A program made the position numbers and the translations under genes. The notes under the pieces are model-generated. The model was given only the letters and a program-made list of their open reading frames with translations, ran no database searches and was not told the DNA's origin. Positions 10,195-20,653 of a DNA stretch of 64,000 nt are shown in pieces (positions within the stretch are counted from its first letter, which is position 1; every line of letters begins with the position of its first letter). The stretch comes from Leptospira sp. (lineage in GTDB: Bacteria; Spirochaetota; Leptospiria; Leptospirales; Leptospiraceae), in assembly GCA_034439575.1 (NCBI GenBank), contig JAWXAQ010000007.1, positions 64,001 through 128,000 on the forward strand. The letters run 5' to 3'.

Positions 10195-12644
10195 ATGGAT
10201 TCACCCCATTGGTTTATTTGATGATCAACTGCGTATAATTTGGGTGAAGGAAGATTGTTATTTTTAAATTGATGAACCATACCTAGTGCTGTGCTTGTTA
10301 ATTGTGATATAATTGGATCCATAGATTCAGTAGGTACCCCAAAAAATAAAAAGTTGATCGGGCTACCGTCACTGAGTAAATAAATAGATTTTTCTATCAT
10401 TTGATCTTGGTATTGAAATTCAAAGTGAATTTTTCCACCTAAATCCATTTGCGTTTGCGGATCCAATATCCTACTAATTTCCAGTTTAACTATGTCGGAA
10501 CCTATCATCGGTTGTGTGGTAGAATTCAATTGGTTCATCCAATCTATAAAATCGCTAAATTCAACTGTTTTGGTCGAACCTGAAACTAAAAATAAATGTG
10601 GTTTTTTACTATTTAAAATCCAATTTTCGAAATTCTTTTGCTTTAATACACTATCGCCTGTTACACCAATGATCAAATCTACATTTAAAAATTCTTCATT
10701 ATCCACATCTGTAAAAGCTTTATAAAGAAATGGTTCATTCGATAAAATTTTTAAATCCACACGAATTAAATCGAGGTTGGATTCATGCAAACGTCCACCA
10801 ATCAAATATTTATCTAAAAATGTTCCGATATTTCCATGAGATCCGAGTAACATAATTTTACGTTTTGAAATTACCTTACCGAGACCATGCAAAGTGTTTT
10901 CGATGGCATTTAAAATCGAATATGCGACCTCTTTAGATTCCTCTTTGGATTTTTCTTTAGAAATCGCTATAGAATAAGCGGTTAGTGCAAGGATATTTGA
11001 TTCACCACTCACTTTAAGTAAACGATCAAATCCATTTCGAGTATGTTCTACTGTTCCGATCACTCGAGATAGTATAAATTCTTTTAATGATAGATTTTGA
11101 AATTCAATAGGACATTCAATCCAGAATTCTTCACAATACTCTAACAAAGATTTGTTTTCTAAACAGCGTTGATTTAATATTGGAGCGATGTATCCTCCAT
11201 CTTCAATGAGCAAAAATTTTTCTGAAGGCGATTTCAAAAAGAATAATTTATTTAAAAATAGGAATGTTGCGAGATAACGCATAGCATCATAAAATCCAAA
11301 TTTTGCTTCTTCCAATTTTTCTTTAAATTTGTTATGTTTCGCAAAGTCACTGTATAATGGCGATACACCATAATAAGCTTTGTTATTTTTTGTTAGCTTA
11401 AATTCGAGTCCAGCCATATAGAATTGTTCAGTGGGAATATCCAACAAAACATCCAAATAAATCGGAGGGATATTTCCTCCGTATTTAACAAAAGCTACAT
11501 CGATACTTTTTGCCTTTAATCTGCGAAATGTTTCAATCAATGAAATAATTTCCGATGTTATGTGGTGAATTAAAAAAATATTTATCCCTTCAAAACTAAA
11601 TTTATGATTATTACTATTAGCAATTTGTTCTAAAAGAATCATTCGTTTCAAATAGAAACTCGAATCGATTTGAGTTCTTCTTTTGTTAAAACTAAAATTT
11701 AATACTCGATCTAGTCTTGATAAATCAATATAAACTTCTGATCTTCCTAATTTAGCGAGAACAGTATTACCGTCTTTGATTACATTCGCAATATCAGTAT
11801 CTTCTAATATTAAAAATAATTTTTTCATTAGCGGGAGTGCATTTTCTATGCTTGAGGCTAACAATATTTGTCGAAATTGATCTTCCCAATAAAAATTAAT
11901 ATTCGTTAAACGACCGAAAGGAGTTTTCTCGATTTGTTCAAAAACTTTATTGAAATGCCTATTTTCTTCTTCAAAAAATGTTTCACCTTTTTGAGCCGCA
12001 CTCAATATACTATTTGCAAGTGACTCACTAATTTTTGATAAACCCGCTATATAGGTTCTGCGACCGATCTCATCTACTCGTTCATGATTAATTTTAAGTA
12101 AATCGAGAGTAGAATCAGTATTTGAATCTATAGTGATTCTTAAAAAAAATTCTCCGCTATGACTAAGACTCGTTACACGCTCGAGAAGTATCTGATAATT
12201 AACTGTCGTTTCTTTATCAATTTCATAAAATGGAAACAACAAACCAACAGATGGGTTAGTTCTTGCATCTTCGCCGTAAAATTCAGGATGTAATTTTCTA
12301 GCTATAGATTGCCTTTGAAACGTTCCCAAAACAATTCTTAAATCATCTTCAAACTGAGATCGATATAAGATCCAATCATTCAATACACCGGCTCTTGCAT
12401 AAACTTGCACATGTTGAATGTGCATATCAGTTAGTTCATGATTGATACTCGGATTTATTTTATATAAAAAGGAAACATCACCCGGAGCAGAATGCAATTG
12501 GTTTCCTATTTCTTCTGCCAATGACCTCGAAAGTATGGAAAGTCCAAAAAAGATTCTGAGACTTGATAAATCAATTTCCCAATTTCCTTCTGAGATTTTA
12601 AGTAAAGGCGGTCCAAGAGATGTTTGAATTTCTAATTGAGACAT
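10191..12644 (-). CDS. Divergent S-adenosylhomocysteine hydrolase-like protein with large N-terminal extension
   Basis: Collinear AHCY-like motifs [47 protein letters not shown]. Confidence 0.65.
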   Translation of the reverse strand: MSQLEIQTSLGPPLLKISEGNWEIDLSSLRIFFGLSILSRSLAEEIGNQLHSAPGDVSFLYKINPSINHELTDMHIQHVQVYARAGVLNDWILYRSQFEDDLRIVLGTFQRQSIARKLHPEFYGEDARTNPSVGLLFPFYEIDKETTVNYQILLERVTSLSHSGEFFLRITIDSNTDSTLDLLKINHERVDEIGRRTYIAGLSKISESLANSILSAAQKGETFFEEENRHFNKVFEQIEKTPFGRLTNINFYWEDQFRQILLASSIENALPLMKKLFLILEDTDIANVIKDGNTVLAKLGRSEVYIDLSRLDRVLNFSFNKRRTQIDSSFYLKRMILLEQIANSNNHKFSFEGINIFLIHHITSEIISLIETFRRLKAKSIDVAFVKYGGNIPPIYLDVLLDIPTEQFYMAGLEFKLTKNNKAYYGVSPLYSDFAKHNKFKEKLEEAKFGFYDAMRYLATFLFLNKLFFLKSPSEKFLLIEDGGYIAPILNQRCLENKSLLEYCEEFWIECPIEFQNLSLKEFILSRVIGTVEHTRNGFDRLLKVSGESNILALTAYSIAISKEKSKEESKEVAYSILNAIENTLHGLGKVISKRKIMLLGSHGNIGTFLDKYLIGGRLHESNLDLIRVDLKILSNEPFLYKAFTDVDNEEFLNVDLIIGVTGDSVLKQKNFENWILNSKKPHLFLVSGSTKTVEFSDFIDWMNQLNSTTQPMIGSDIVKLEISRILDPQTQMDLGGKIHFEFQYQDQMIEKSIYLLSDGSPINFLFFGVPTESMDPIISQLTSTALGMVHQFKNNNLPSPKLYAVDHQINQWGESI

Positions 12645-12652
12645 GATTTTAA

Positions 12653-14095
12653 TTAGTCAAAATGTACAACGACTTTGACTGAGTTTGGATCTTTTGCGGT
12701 TTGGTATGCGTCTTGTAAATTTGCGAATTTAAAATTATGGGAAATTATATTTTCTGAAAGTGATTTTACCACATCGTCATTTTCTTTTAGCAATTTCATG
12801 GCATAATGAAAATCACCGCACCGAGAAGAATGAATCGTTTTTCCAGATTTAAAGAAGTCGTAAGTTTGCTTTGCTTCACCTAACCAATGACGGGGATTGT
12901 CCGTGTCGATTAAGATAGCACTGCGCGGTCGAACCATTGAATTTTCATTTCCAGGAATGGGTCGAATGGCTGATCCAATTTCCGAAGGTGTAGAAGCAAT
13001 TACCAAGTCGAACCTTGGAACTTTGTTTTTAAATTCGGAAGAGACTAGTATTTTTTCAGCATCTTCTATCGAACCTGTAAAAACCTTTATACCTTTAGGA
13101 ATCAATTCTTTCCATTTCGCATAACAAGAAGGAAAAATATAAATTGATTGATTTTTGCGAGTTTCTTTTGGCCAAACTAAATTTAAATTTGTAACTGTAG
13201 CTGGTATAAGTGACAATTCATCCACCACAAGTTCCGTTAGATGGCTGATTCCGCCCATAACTTGACCATTTGTAGTCTTCAAATGAACTTCTCGTTTCGC
13301 TAACTCCATAGCTGATAAAAATCCAGAAGGAGTGCTCGTTGTATCATAGACTATATCAAATTTTTCAAGTAACGAAGTTATAGGTGTTTTTCGTAAATCA
13401 ATGGCTTCGTCGGCACCCATTTTTTTTGATAATTCCATTAGATGATCATGGCGAGTGATGGCTGTAATGCGAAAATTTACCTTTGAAGATTGTCTATGTG
13501 CTTTGAGTGCTGATAGTATTAAACTCCCCAATCTACGCGGACCAAGTACTGCGACATTGTCTCCGTTTTTCGGAGGTGAGGCAATGATCGCTTGTAAGGC
13601 GGCCGCAAAGGGTTCCATTAGGACTGCTACTTTTTCTGGTATATCGGTAGTTTCAATGGCTGCGAATTGTGGCGCTAAAATATAAGGACCAAAACCACCG
13701 GGCAAACGATCGATACCAAGAACCTTTCTTTCTGGCGAATGAGTCGGAATGCCTTCTTTACAAAATTCATCTTTAACTTTATCACCGCGAGCTTCAAAGG
13801 TATCATTGATTTCTATGACGAATTGTTTTACTGGAGTCTCACCTATAGATTCAGCCAAAACTTCATGACCAATAATTTGAGGGAGTGGATGAGGTAAAAA
13901 CCTTCGATCAATGTCAGTCGAACACACACCACAGGCTTTGGTTTTAAGAAGTTTATAACCTGGCCCGACTTGCAAATATGGTGATCCATTTCTAAGGATT
14001 TTCCAACCCTCTTCCTGGCTGCCCAAGTATTCATACTCTGACGCTTCAAATTCATCATCTGAAGTATAATCAAGAGCTTTAAATTTAATCTGCAT
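12653..14095 (-). CDS. Zinc-dependent MDR-family dehydrogenase, atypical
   Basis: CGVCSTD, GHE, EPFAAA, SRCGDF; GPRRLG nucleotide loop. Confidence 0.8.
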   Translation of the reverse strand: MQIKFKALDYTSDDEFEASEYEYLGSQEEGWKILRNGSPYLQVGPGYKLLKTKACGVCSTDIDRRFLPHPLPQIIGHEVLAESIGETPVKQFVIEINDTFEARGDKVKDEFCKEGIPTHSPERKVLGIDRLPGGFGPYILAPQFAAIETTDIPEKVAVLMEPFAAALQAIIASPPKNGDNVAVLGPRRLGSLILSALKAHRQSSKVNFRITAITRHDHLMELSKKMGADEAIDLRKTPITSLLEKFDIVYDTTSTPSGFLSAMELAKREVHLKTTNGQVMGGISHLTELVVDELSLIPATVTNLNLVWPKETRKNQSIYIFPSCYAKWKELIPKGIKVFTGSIEDAEKILVSSEFKNKVPRFDLVIASTPSEIGSAIRPIPGNENSMVRPRSAILIDTDNPRHWLGEAKQTYDFFKSGKTIHSSRCGDFHYAMKLLKENDDVVKSLSENIISHNFKFANLQDAYQTAKDPNSVKVVVHFD

Positions 14096-14755
14096 CTATC
14101 TATTGTTGATAAAAAATAAAAGAATGATCGTCAATGTAAAAAATGTCAGGTTAATTAGAAATCCCTGCTGAATCTCTTTTCTCTCTCTTTTACTTAAAAA
14201 ATATGCTGTGATGAAGACAGAAAAAAATCCTCCGAGATGTGCCCAATGAGCGACTGAATCTTTTGCAAATAAATTTGTGATATCAGAATAAATACTCATC
14301 CATGCAAAAAGAAAAACAGGAAAAGGAATCTGCTGTGTTTTTGTGATCGGAAAACGAAAAGGGGAAAGCAAAGCCGCTACACAGGCCAATCCTGAAATAG
14401 CACCACTTGCACCTACTACGGGCGTTGTATCTCCTAAAAAAAATCCTCGGACGATCCAATCACCAAATACTGATAAAAACCCAGCCATAAAATAAAAAAG
14501 AAGCCACCTAACTTTACCAATTCGATTTTCAACCACACGACCAAGAATCATAAGATAAAAAATATTTGAAAATAAATGAGAGAAAGAAGCATGAAAAAAA
14601 GTACTTAAAATCCAATTGAGAGGTTGGAACTCACCTGGTGTAGCTATAAAGTATTGGTCTATAGCTCTCGGAAAAAAAGTAAGCATAAACGGAAAAAGCA
14701 AAATCATAAATATCGATATGCTAGCAGTTAATGGAAAAGCCCAAATGAATGACAT
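14096..14755 (-). CDS. Rhomboid intramembrane serine protease
   Basis: HxxxxHLFSN, GASG, AHWAHLGG. Confidence 0.93.
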   Translation of the reverse strand: MSFIWAFPLTASISIFMILLFPFMLTFFPRAIDQYFIATPGEFQPLNWILSTFFHASFSHLFSNIFYLMILGRVVENRIGKVRWLLFYFMAGFLSVFGDWIVRGFFLGDTTPVVGASGAISGLACVAALLSPFRFPITKTQQIPFPVFLFAWMSIYSDITNLFAKDSVAHWAHLGGFFSVFITAYFLSKRERKEIQQGFLINLTFFTLTIILLFFINNR

Positions 14756-14764
14756 ATTTTATTT

Positions 14765-15616
14765 TTAGTTAGCTGGTGGAGAAGTTTTCGGGGGCTTCAC
14801 TTCTTCTGGAATACGAACATATGCGGGATCATAATTTGGAATCGGATTTGCCAATTCGTGGAGATCGGGTTGTTTCCAAATACCATCATAATAGCTGATT
14901 TCCGAATAAGAGTCAAAATTACTGTCATATAAAAATTTTAAATATTTTTCTTTGTCATTTAAAATAATTCTATTTACTTCTTTAACAAGTCCTTCGAAAG
15001 ATCTAGATTCCCGATTAAATTCGTCAACGGAATCGTGTAACAAACCTAACATTACGATAAATTTTTCGGCCTGTTTTAAAGATTTTAATGCATAAGCAAA
15101 TTCTTGTAATTTCATTAAATACAAATAAGGTCGCGTGTTTTTTCCAATAAGAAACTTTTGTTTGGCGACAGCGATTTCCCTGTATCCTAATCTAAGATAT
15201 AATTTGGTTTCGGTTTTTTCTTTGCCATTTGCCAATTTAGCCAATCTTCCAAGTTCGACTTCTAGATCCGTAATTTCTTCTTCTAATACTAACACAAATA
15301 AATGAATGAGTAAACCTTGTGTCCTTCGGAGCTCAGCATAAGATCTACCTAGATCCATTTGCAAATGTAAAATCTCAGATTCAATATGATGTTGAACACA
15401 TCGTTTGAAATATTGTTTTTGAACAGCAGTTCCTCGGTTTGTAATCGTTGAACTGAGTATTTTTAGAAATTCATAATTATCTTTTAAGCCGTAGCTTACC
15501 CGAATCAGCTGTGTGGCTTTCGAACTTGATTGGTCTGGAATTGTTTCCGTCCAAGCAAATAAGAGTAATAATAATATAGAGCCGATTCTTAGCACTGTGT
15601 CCCTATCTTCGGTCAA
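14765..15616 (-). CDS. OmpL37-like helical surface/secreted protein
   Basis: Signal peptide; helical pattern (TITNRG, YLRLGYRE) recalled from the leptospiral OmpL37 family. Confidence 0.55.
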   Translation of the reverse strand: MTEDRDTVLRIGSILLLLLFAWTETIPDQSSSKATQLIRVSYGLKDNYEFLKILSSTITNRGTAVQKQYFKRCVQHHIESEILHLQMDLGRSYAELRRTQGLLIHLFVLVLEEEITDLEVELGRLAKLANGKEKTETKLYLRLGYREIAVAKQKFLIGKNTRPYLYLMKLQEFAYALKSLKQAEKFIVMLGLLHDSVDEFNRESRSFEGLVKEVNRIILNDKEKYLKFLYDSNFDSYSEISYYDGIWKQPDLHELANPIPNYDPAYVRIPEEVKPPKTSPPAN

Positions 15617-15690
15617 CTTTGAGATTCATTAACAAGATAAAAAAGAAAAGACAATGTAGTATCCTTTCATAAGATTATGTCTAAAAGTCT

Positions 15691-16302
15691 ATGCCCTCGA
15701 CCATGAATTCTTTACCTTCTTCGCCTTTGGAAGCCATCGAAGTCTTAAAATCTGAGATGGATTCACCCCTATGGGAGACTCGTCTTTTGGATCTGATGAA
15801 ACTGGCGGCGAAAAATGATAAAAATACTTGGGCACTTATTTACCAATTAGTAAGAGAAGCAGACTCTGGAAGATTAAGCTGGGGATATCACAAGATCATA
15901 CTTAGTGGCTTAGTATATCTACTATCCTATGTCGGTGACAGCAAAAGTTATAGAATACTTGTAAATTATGTAAAATCATTGGATCGACCGATTCCTATAG
16001 GAGCCTTGGAATTAATTTCAGATATGTTACCAACCTTTCCCGAATTGGACATGAAAGAAATTTTTGAGATAGCAAAGAACAGTGACGAATTAAAATCTGC
16101 TTTTGGTGTGATGGCTCTCACAAAACTCGCGTTAGAGAGCCGGTTAAGTGAAGAAGAAAAATCTCAAACAAGAGAATTTTTATCTACATATAAAAATCAC
16201 AAATATTACTTACAAGATATTATAGAAACCACACTCGAATTTTTATCAGAAGAAGATCACTCTCCATCTGATTTTTTAAATGATCTAGAAGGAATGTTTT
16301 AG
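15691..16302 (+). CDS. Hypothetical helical protein
   Basis: Long ORF translationally coupled to the next gene. Confidence 0.7.
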   Translation: MPSTMNSLPSSPLEAIEVLKSEMDSPLWETRLLDLMKLAAKNDKNTWALIYQLVREADSGRLSWGYHKIILSGLVYLLSYVGDSKSYRILVNYVKSLDRPIPIGALELISDMLPTFPELDMKEIFEIAKNSDELKSAFGVMALTKLALESRLSEEEKSQTREFLSTYKNHKYYLQDIIETTLEFLSEEDHSPSDFLNDLEGMF

Positions 16303-17339
16303 TGAAAGCTGCTGTACTTCATTCAGGGGATCGTGAACTTAAAATTGAAAATGTAGCTATACCGACTCTCCTACCTAAGCATATAAAAGTTAAAGTCAAA
16401 GCTTGTGGTATTTGTGGTTCAGACATCCATCTAATCTTACATGGAAAAATGAAAGCTTCCTATGTACCTTGCATTCCTGGACATGAGACTTCAGGCATAG
16501 TATCCGAATTAGGCGAAGGAGTGACAAAATTTGTCGTCGGTGATAGGGTCGTAGTCAGTGCAGGAACTTCTTGTGGAAAATGCGTTCACTGTTTGGCGGG
16601 AAAAGAAAATTTATGTGATCAAATCGGTGTGCTTGGATTTAACCAACAAGGTGGCTTTGCAGAATATTTAGTTATTGAAGAACGATACTTACACAAATTA
16701 CCAGATTCTATTCCTTTTGAACAAGGTGCTATATTGGCGGATGCCGTTTCTACTCCTTACCATGCAATTAAATACCAAGGGGAATTGAAAGAAGGAGAAA
16801 CGGTTGTTATCATAGGATGTGGTGGCCTTGGAATTCATGCTGTCGCCATTTCTAAAGCCTTAGGTGCAGGTCATATAATCGCTGTGGATATTGACCGTGG
16901 TTCTCTCGACAATGCCTTATCATACGGTGCGAATGATGCGATTCTTCTCGAAAAAAATACCCAACTCGGAAAAGTCTTAAAAGAAAAAACCAAGGGAATT
17001 GATCTCATCGCTGACTTTTCCGGACATATGTCAAATATAGAAAGTAGCATTCGTGCCATGAACCGAGGGGGAAGGATCGTTTTGGTCGGTATCGGTCGGA
17101 GTAAATTAGAAATTCCTATGCCTTTTTTTCTTATAGAAAGGCAGATTCGCATAACAGGATCATATGGTTCAGATAAAAGGGCGATTCCTGAACTGATTGA
17201 TTTATATATTAATAAAAAAATTGATTTAACTAAGTCAATTAGCGGTGTTCACAAATTGGAAGATGCGAACGAATATTTACATGCTTTGGAAGAAAAACGG
17301 GGTAACCCGATCAGATTCATATTGAATCCAGAGCTCTAA
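16302..17339 (+). CDS. Zinc-binding alcohol dehydrogenase (MDR)
   Basis: CGICGSD, GHE, CGKCVHC...C, GCGGLG. Confidence 0.93.
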   Translation: MKAAVLHSGDRELKIENVAIPTLLPKHIKVKVKACGICGSDIHLILHGKMKASYVPCIPGHETSGIVSELGEGVTKFVVGDRVVVSAGTSCGKCVHCLAGKENLCDQIGVLGFNQQGGFAEYLVIEERYLHKLPDSIPFEQGAILADAVSTPYHAIKYQGELKEGETVVIIGCGGLGIHAVAISKALGAGHIIAVDIDRGSLDNALSYGANDAILLEKNTQLGKVLKEKTKGIDLIADFSGHMSNIESSIRAMNRGGRIVLVGIGRSKLEIPMPFFLIERQIRITGSYGSDKRAIPELIDLYINKKIDLTKSISGVHKLEDANEYLHALEEKRGNPIRFILNPEL

Positions 17340-19255
17340 TCCAATATTTCAATTAATATATAAGAAACATCATCATCTTGGTGTTCCCAAGATCTGGAAT
17401 AATTTCTGAATTCCTTTTGTATCAATTCATGATACTTTTTGAATTCTTCTTCTTTATGTTCCCATAATAATTGACGAAGTCTTTCTTCACCAAAGGCGCC
17501 TAAGGTGGGATTATTCAAATCAGGAATTCCGTCAGTGAATAAAAACAATCTATCTCCCACTTCCAAACTCAATTTACCTACAGAATATTCTGAATCAGCA
17601 AAAATTCCTAGAGGTCGCCCTTTTGTTTTATATTCTAATAAATAGGGAGACGATTTCCTTATTAAGAAAAAAACAGGATGGCCTGCATTTACATAAGATA
17701 AAACTTTTGATTCCGTATCTATATAAAGATAAGATGCGGTAATAAACATACCCCGATTTTTGCCATATAAATTTCGATTCATGGAATTGAAAACTTTTGC
17801 CGGATACTGTATGTAAGGTGAGGTTGCAGTGAAGGCCATTTTTGACATCGCAGCCACTACGGCTGATGAAATACCATGACCGGCAACATCGCAAATCAAT
17901 ATCCCCCAATTTCCCATACTGTCGTTCACATAATCAAAATAATCGCCACCTATCGAATGCAAGGAGTGATTAAAACTAACAATATTTAAATTTTGATCTC
18001 CTTTTTCTAAATCAGATAATAGGGATTTTTGAAGTTCTTTTGCCAAAATTAAGTCTTTATCTATGGCAACCAATCTCTCTAATTCTTTGTTTTTCGAGAT
18101 TAGAATCTGATTGTACTGATCTAGAGATTTTATAATGTCTAAATAATATTTGAAAACATAATATGAAAACGCACTGACCCCAATCCAAAATCCGATATGA
18201 ATAATTGAAAATTTATAAGGTAGTATTTCCATATCAACAAGGCTATCATGTGAACCTGCAACAACTAACGAAAGTAATCCGAATGATATTAAATTTAATT
18301 TATATTGTTTTCTCCAAATAATATATAGAGCAGAAAATAAAACAAATGTAGCTTCAACAATAACCCACCAGATAAAATCCCATTCAGCACATAAAAACGA
18401 TGCTTCCTTATCGTAATGTTTTATAAAATAAAAAATATATAAAATTATATGTATGCCACTTAAAATGCGAAATACATTTTTAAAAAAAGGAGGAAATACT
18501 TCACCCAAAAATAACATAAGGAGAACGGGACAAATCGTATAATTTAAATATTGGATAGAAGCCATAAGATTGGAATTTGATTGGAAATAGTAACCGAGAA
18601 AACCGTTTGTTCCTTCAATCAAAGAACTACTTAACAATAATAATGCGAAGTATAAATTGATTTTTATCTCAGGTCGTAAAAAATATAGTCCTATAAAAAT
18701 AAAAGATAGGAAAAACAAAACGGGAGTCAGGCATAATCTAAGTAAATTTTGAGAAAGTAACTCCATCAATGCATCATGGTATTCTAATATCTTGATGGAA
18801 TGATCAAGGCCGATATATGCTTGGTATTTCCCTTTACACTTAACATATATATATCCACTGCCTTCTCTTTTTAAAGGAATCAGATGGGGAAAAACATAAT
18901 CTGTTTTTTCAAAGTCATATACGAGCTCGTTTCCATGAAAAACTTTGATTTTCTCCAAAGCGATTTCTATAAACAAAATAGGATTTCTAAAATGGGAAAG
19001 ACTGGAATCAGGAAAACGAATCCACAAATCATGACCCGAAATGGGTAACGTTCCAATCTGATCTGATGGAAAGCTACTCCAAGCAACTGGACTCAATTGA
19101 GCAGGGTCATTGATTTCTTTACTGGATTCTATCCATAAAAATTCTCTAAGATCGGAATAAACAGAATGTGCCTCGGTAATAGGAAAATTATTTTCACTCT
19201 GAAATAGACAATTTTGTAGGCCAAATATGATGGTAAAAGTGAAAATTCTTAGCAA
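17336..19255 (-). CDS. Membrane sensor (7TM-DISM-like) with SpoIIE/PP2C phosphatase
   Basis: GGDYFD, DVAGHG, NAGHP, FTDG, DDVS; multiple TM segments; start uncertain (TTG at 19255 before a signal-like segment). Confidence 0.88.
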   Translation of the reverse strand: MLRIFTFTIIFGLQNCLFQSENNFPITEAHSVYSDLREFLWIESSKEINDPAQLSPVAWSSFPSDQIGTLPISGHDLWIRFPDSSLSHFRNPILFIEIALEKIKVFHGNELVYDFEKTDYVFPHLIPLKREGSGYIYVKCKGKYQAYIGLDHSIKILEYHDALMELLSQNLLRLCLTPVLFFLSFIFIGLYFLRPEIKINLYFALLLLSSSLIEGTNGFLGYYFQSNSNLMASIQYLNYTICPVLLMLFLGEVFPPFFKNVFRILSGIHIILYIFYFIKHYDKEASFLCAEWDFIWWVIVEATFVLFSALYIIWRKQYKLNLISFGLLSLVVAGSHDSLVDMEILPYKFSIIHIGFWIGVSAFSYYVFKYYLDIIKSLDQYNQILISKNKELERLVAIDKDLILAKELQKSLLSDLEKGDQNLNIVSFNHSLHSIGGDYFDYVNDSMGNWGILICDVAGHGISSAVVAAMSKMAFTATSPYIQYPAKVFNSMNRNLYGKNRGMFITASYLYIDTESKVLSYVNAGHPVFFLIRKSSPYLLEYKTKGRPLGIFADSEYSVGKLSLEVGDRLFLFTDGIPDLNNPTLGAFGEERLRQLLWEHKEEEFKKYHELIQKEFRNYSRSWEHQDDDVSYILIEILD

Positions 19256-19337
19256 ATTGTTTCTGCAAAAGGCAATTGTATTAAGTTTGACTTCTAACAA
19301 ATTTTTAATCCATGATAGCAAAGCAGGATCAATGTAC

Positions 19338-19628
19338 ATGAACTCGTTTCGATTCCTAATCTTTTTTTCACTTACTTCACTTACCCTGTTTTTTTCGCTC
19401 AACGCACAAGAAAACCCTAGCCCGAAAGAACTCATCAGCCAAGACAAAATGGAATGTTATTCCATTCCGACTGAAATAGATAACTTAGACTACCAAAAGT
19501 CTGTTAAATGCATCACAAAAGATGCTATCTGTTATATTATCCAAGGATTTGCGATGAGTTGCATTCCCCGTTCAGGAAAATACCCTGCAGAGATTCCCGA
19601 CCTAACGCCGAAACCTGTTTATCCATAA
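19338..19628 (+). CDS. Small secreted Cys-containing hypothetical protein
   Basis: Signal peptide MNSFRFL...LNA; four Cys. Confidence 0.55.
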   Translation: MNSFRFLIFFSLTSLTLFFSLNAQENPSPKELISQDKMECYSIPTEIDNLDYQKSVKCITKDAICYIIQGFAMSCIPRSGKYPAEIPDLTPKPVYP

Positions 19629-19633
19629 TCATT

Positions 19634-20575
19634 ATGAAAATCAAAACAAAAATTACCGAAATGCTGAAGATAGATCTTCCTATCATCGCAGCACCGATGT
19701 TCCTCGTATCCTATCCAGAACTAGTTGTAGCCGTATCAGAAGCAGGTGGGATTGGATGTTTTCCTTCTTTAAACTATAGGACACCCGAACAGCTGAAAGA
19801 TGGATTAGAAGAAATTCGATCCAAAACAAAAAAACCGATCGGTGTTAATTTAATATTACATAAAGAACACAATCCAAATTGGGCAAAACAATTTGAAGTC
19901 TGCATGCAAATGAAAGTAGAGCTCATTATCACAAGTCTTGGGACACCTCGTACCATTGCTAAAGAAATTAAAGCGAATGGTTCGACTTTATTTTGTGATG
20001 TGACAACCCTCAAACATGCAAACATCGTCGCCAAATCAGGAGCAGATGCACTCATCGCCGTCGCACAGGGAGCAGGTGGCCATGCTGGTAATATCACTCC
20101 TTTTGCTCTCATTCCCTATCTCAAAAAAGAAACAGGACTTCCCATCATTGCAGCGGGAGCTATTTCTGGCGGAGAACAGATGGCGGCAGCTTTGTCTCTA
20201 GGAGCAGATGCAGTTTATATCGGTACAAAACTTATCGCTACCACGGAGTCAAGAGCCCAAAACGATTATAAACAAATGTTAATCGATTCTGGTCCAGAAG
20301 AGATCGTTTATACGGAAAAAATATCAGGTATTCCTGCGAATTGGTTAGCAAAATCAGTAGAGAAGTCGCCCGACTTACTTGAATCAAGTACTAGAAAAAT
20401 CGCCGAAGGACATGCTGGAGGCGAACAAGCAATAGAACAAGAATACAAACGATGGCGAGATATTTGGTCTGCAGGTCAAGGCGTAGCACAAATTAAAGAT
20501 GTTCGTCCAGCAAAAGATGTGATACATGAAATGGTGAAAGAATATTTAGATGTGATTAGTAAACTTCCCAGATAA
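19634..20575 (+). CDS. Nitronate monooxygenase / 2-nitropropane dioxygenase-like flavoprotein
   Basis: PIIAAPM, GAGGHAG, AAGAI, YIGT; start MKIKTK. Confidence 0.9.
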   Translation: MKIKTKITEMLKIDLPIIAAPMFLVSYPELVVAVSEAGGIGCFPSLNYRTPEQLKDGLEEIRSKTKKPIGVNLILHKEHNPNWAKQFEVCMQMKVELIITSLGTPRTIAKEIKANGSTLFCDVTTLKHANIVAKSGADALIAVAQGAGGHAGNITPFALIPYLKKETGLPIIAAGAISGGEQMAAALSLGADAVYIGTKLIATTESRAQNDYKQMLIDSGPEEIVYTEKISGIPANWLAKSVEKSPDLLESSTRKIAEGHAGGEQAIEQEYKRWRDIWSAGQGVAQIKDVRPAKDVIHEMVKEYLDVISKLPR

Positions 20576-20585
20576 GCAGATATTG

Positions 20586-20618
20586 AATAGTTTATTATTA
20601 GGTAAATAATAAACTATT
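20586..20618. terminator. Perfect 14-bp inverted repeat between convergent genes, possible bidirectional terminator
   Basis: AATAGTTTATTATT-aggta-AATAATAAACTATT. Confidence 0.5.
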
Positions 20619-20653
20619 GAAATTTTGATACCTAACTCATGCTAAGCGAAAGA

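Noticed and set aside
19256-19633. Apparent long overlaps among the SpoIIE, small protein and NMO ORFs
   Set aside because: Resolved by choosing downstream starts (19255, 19338, 19634)
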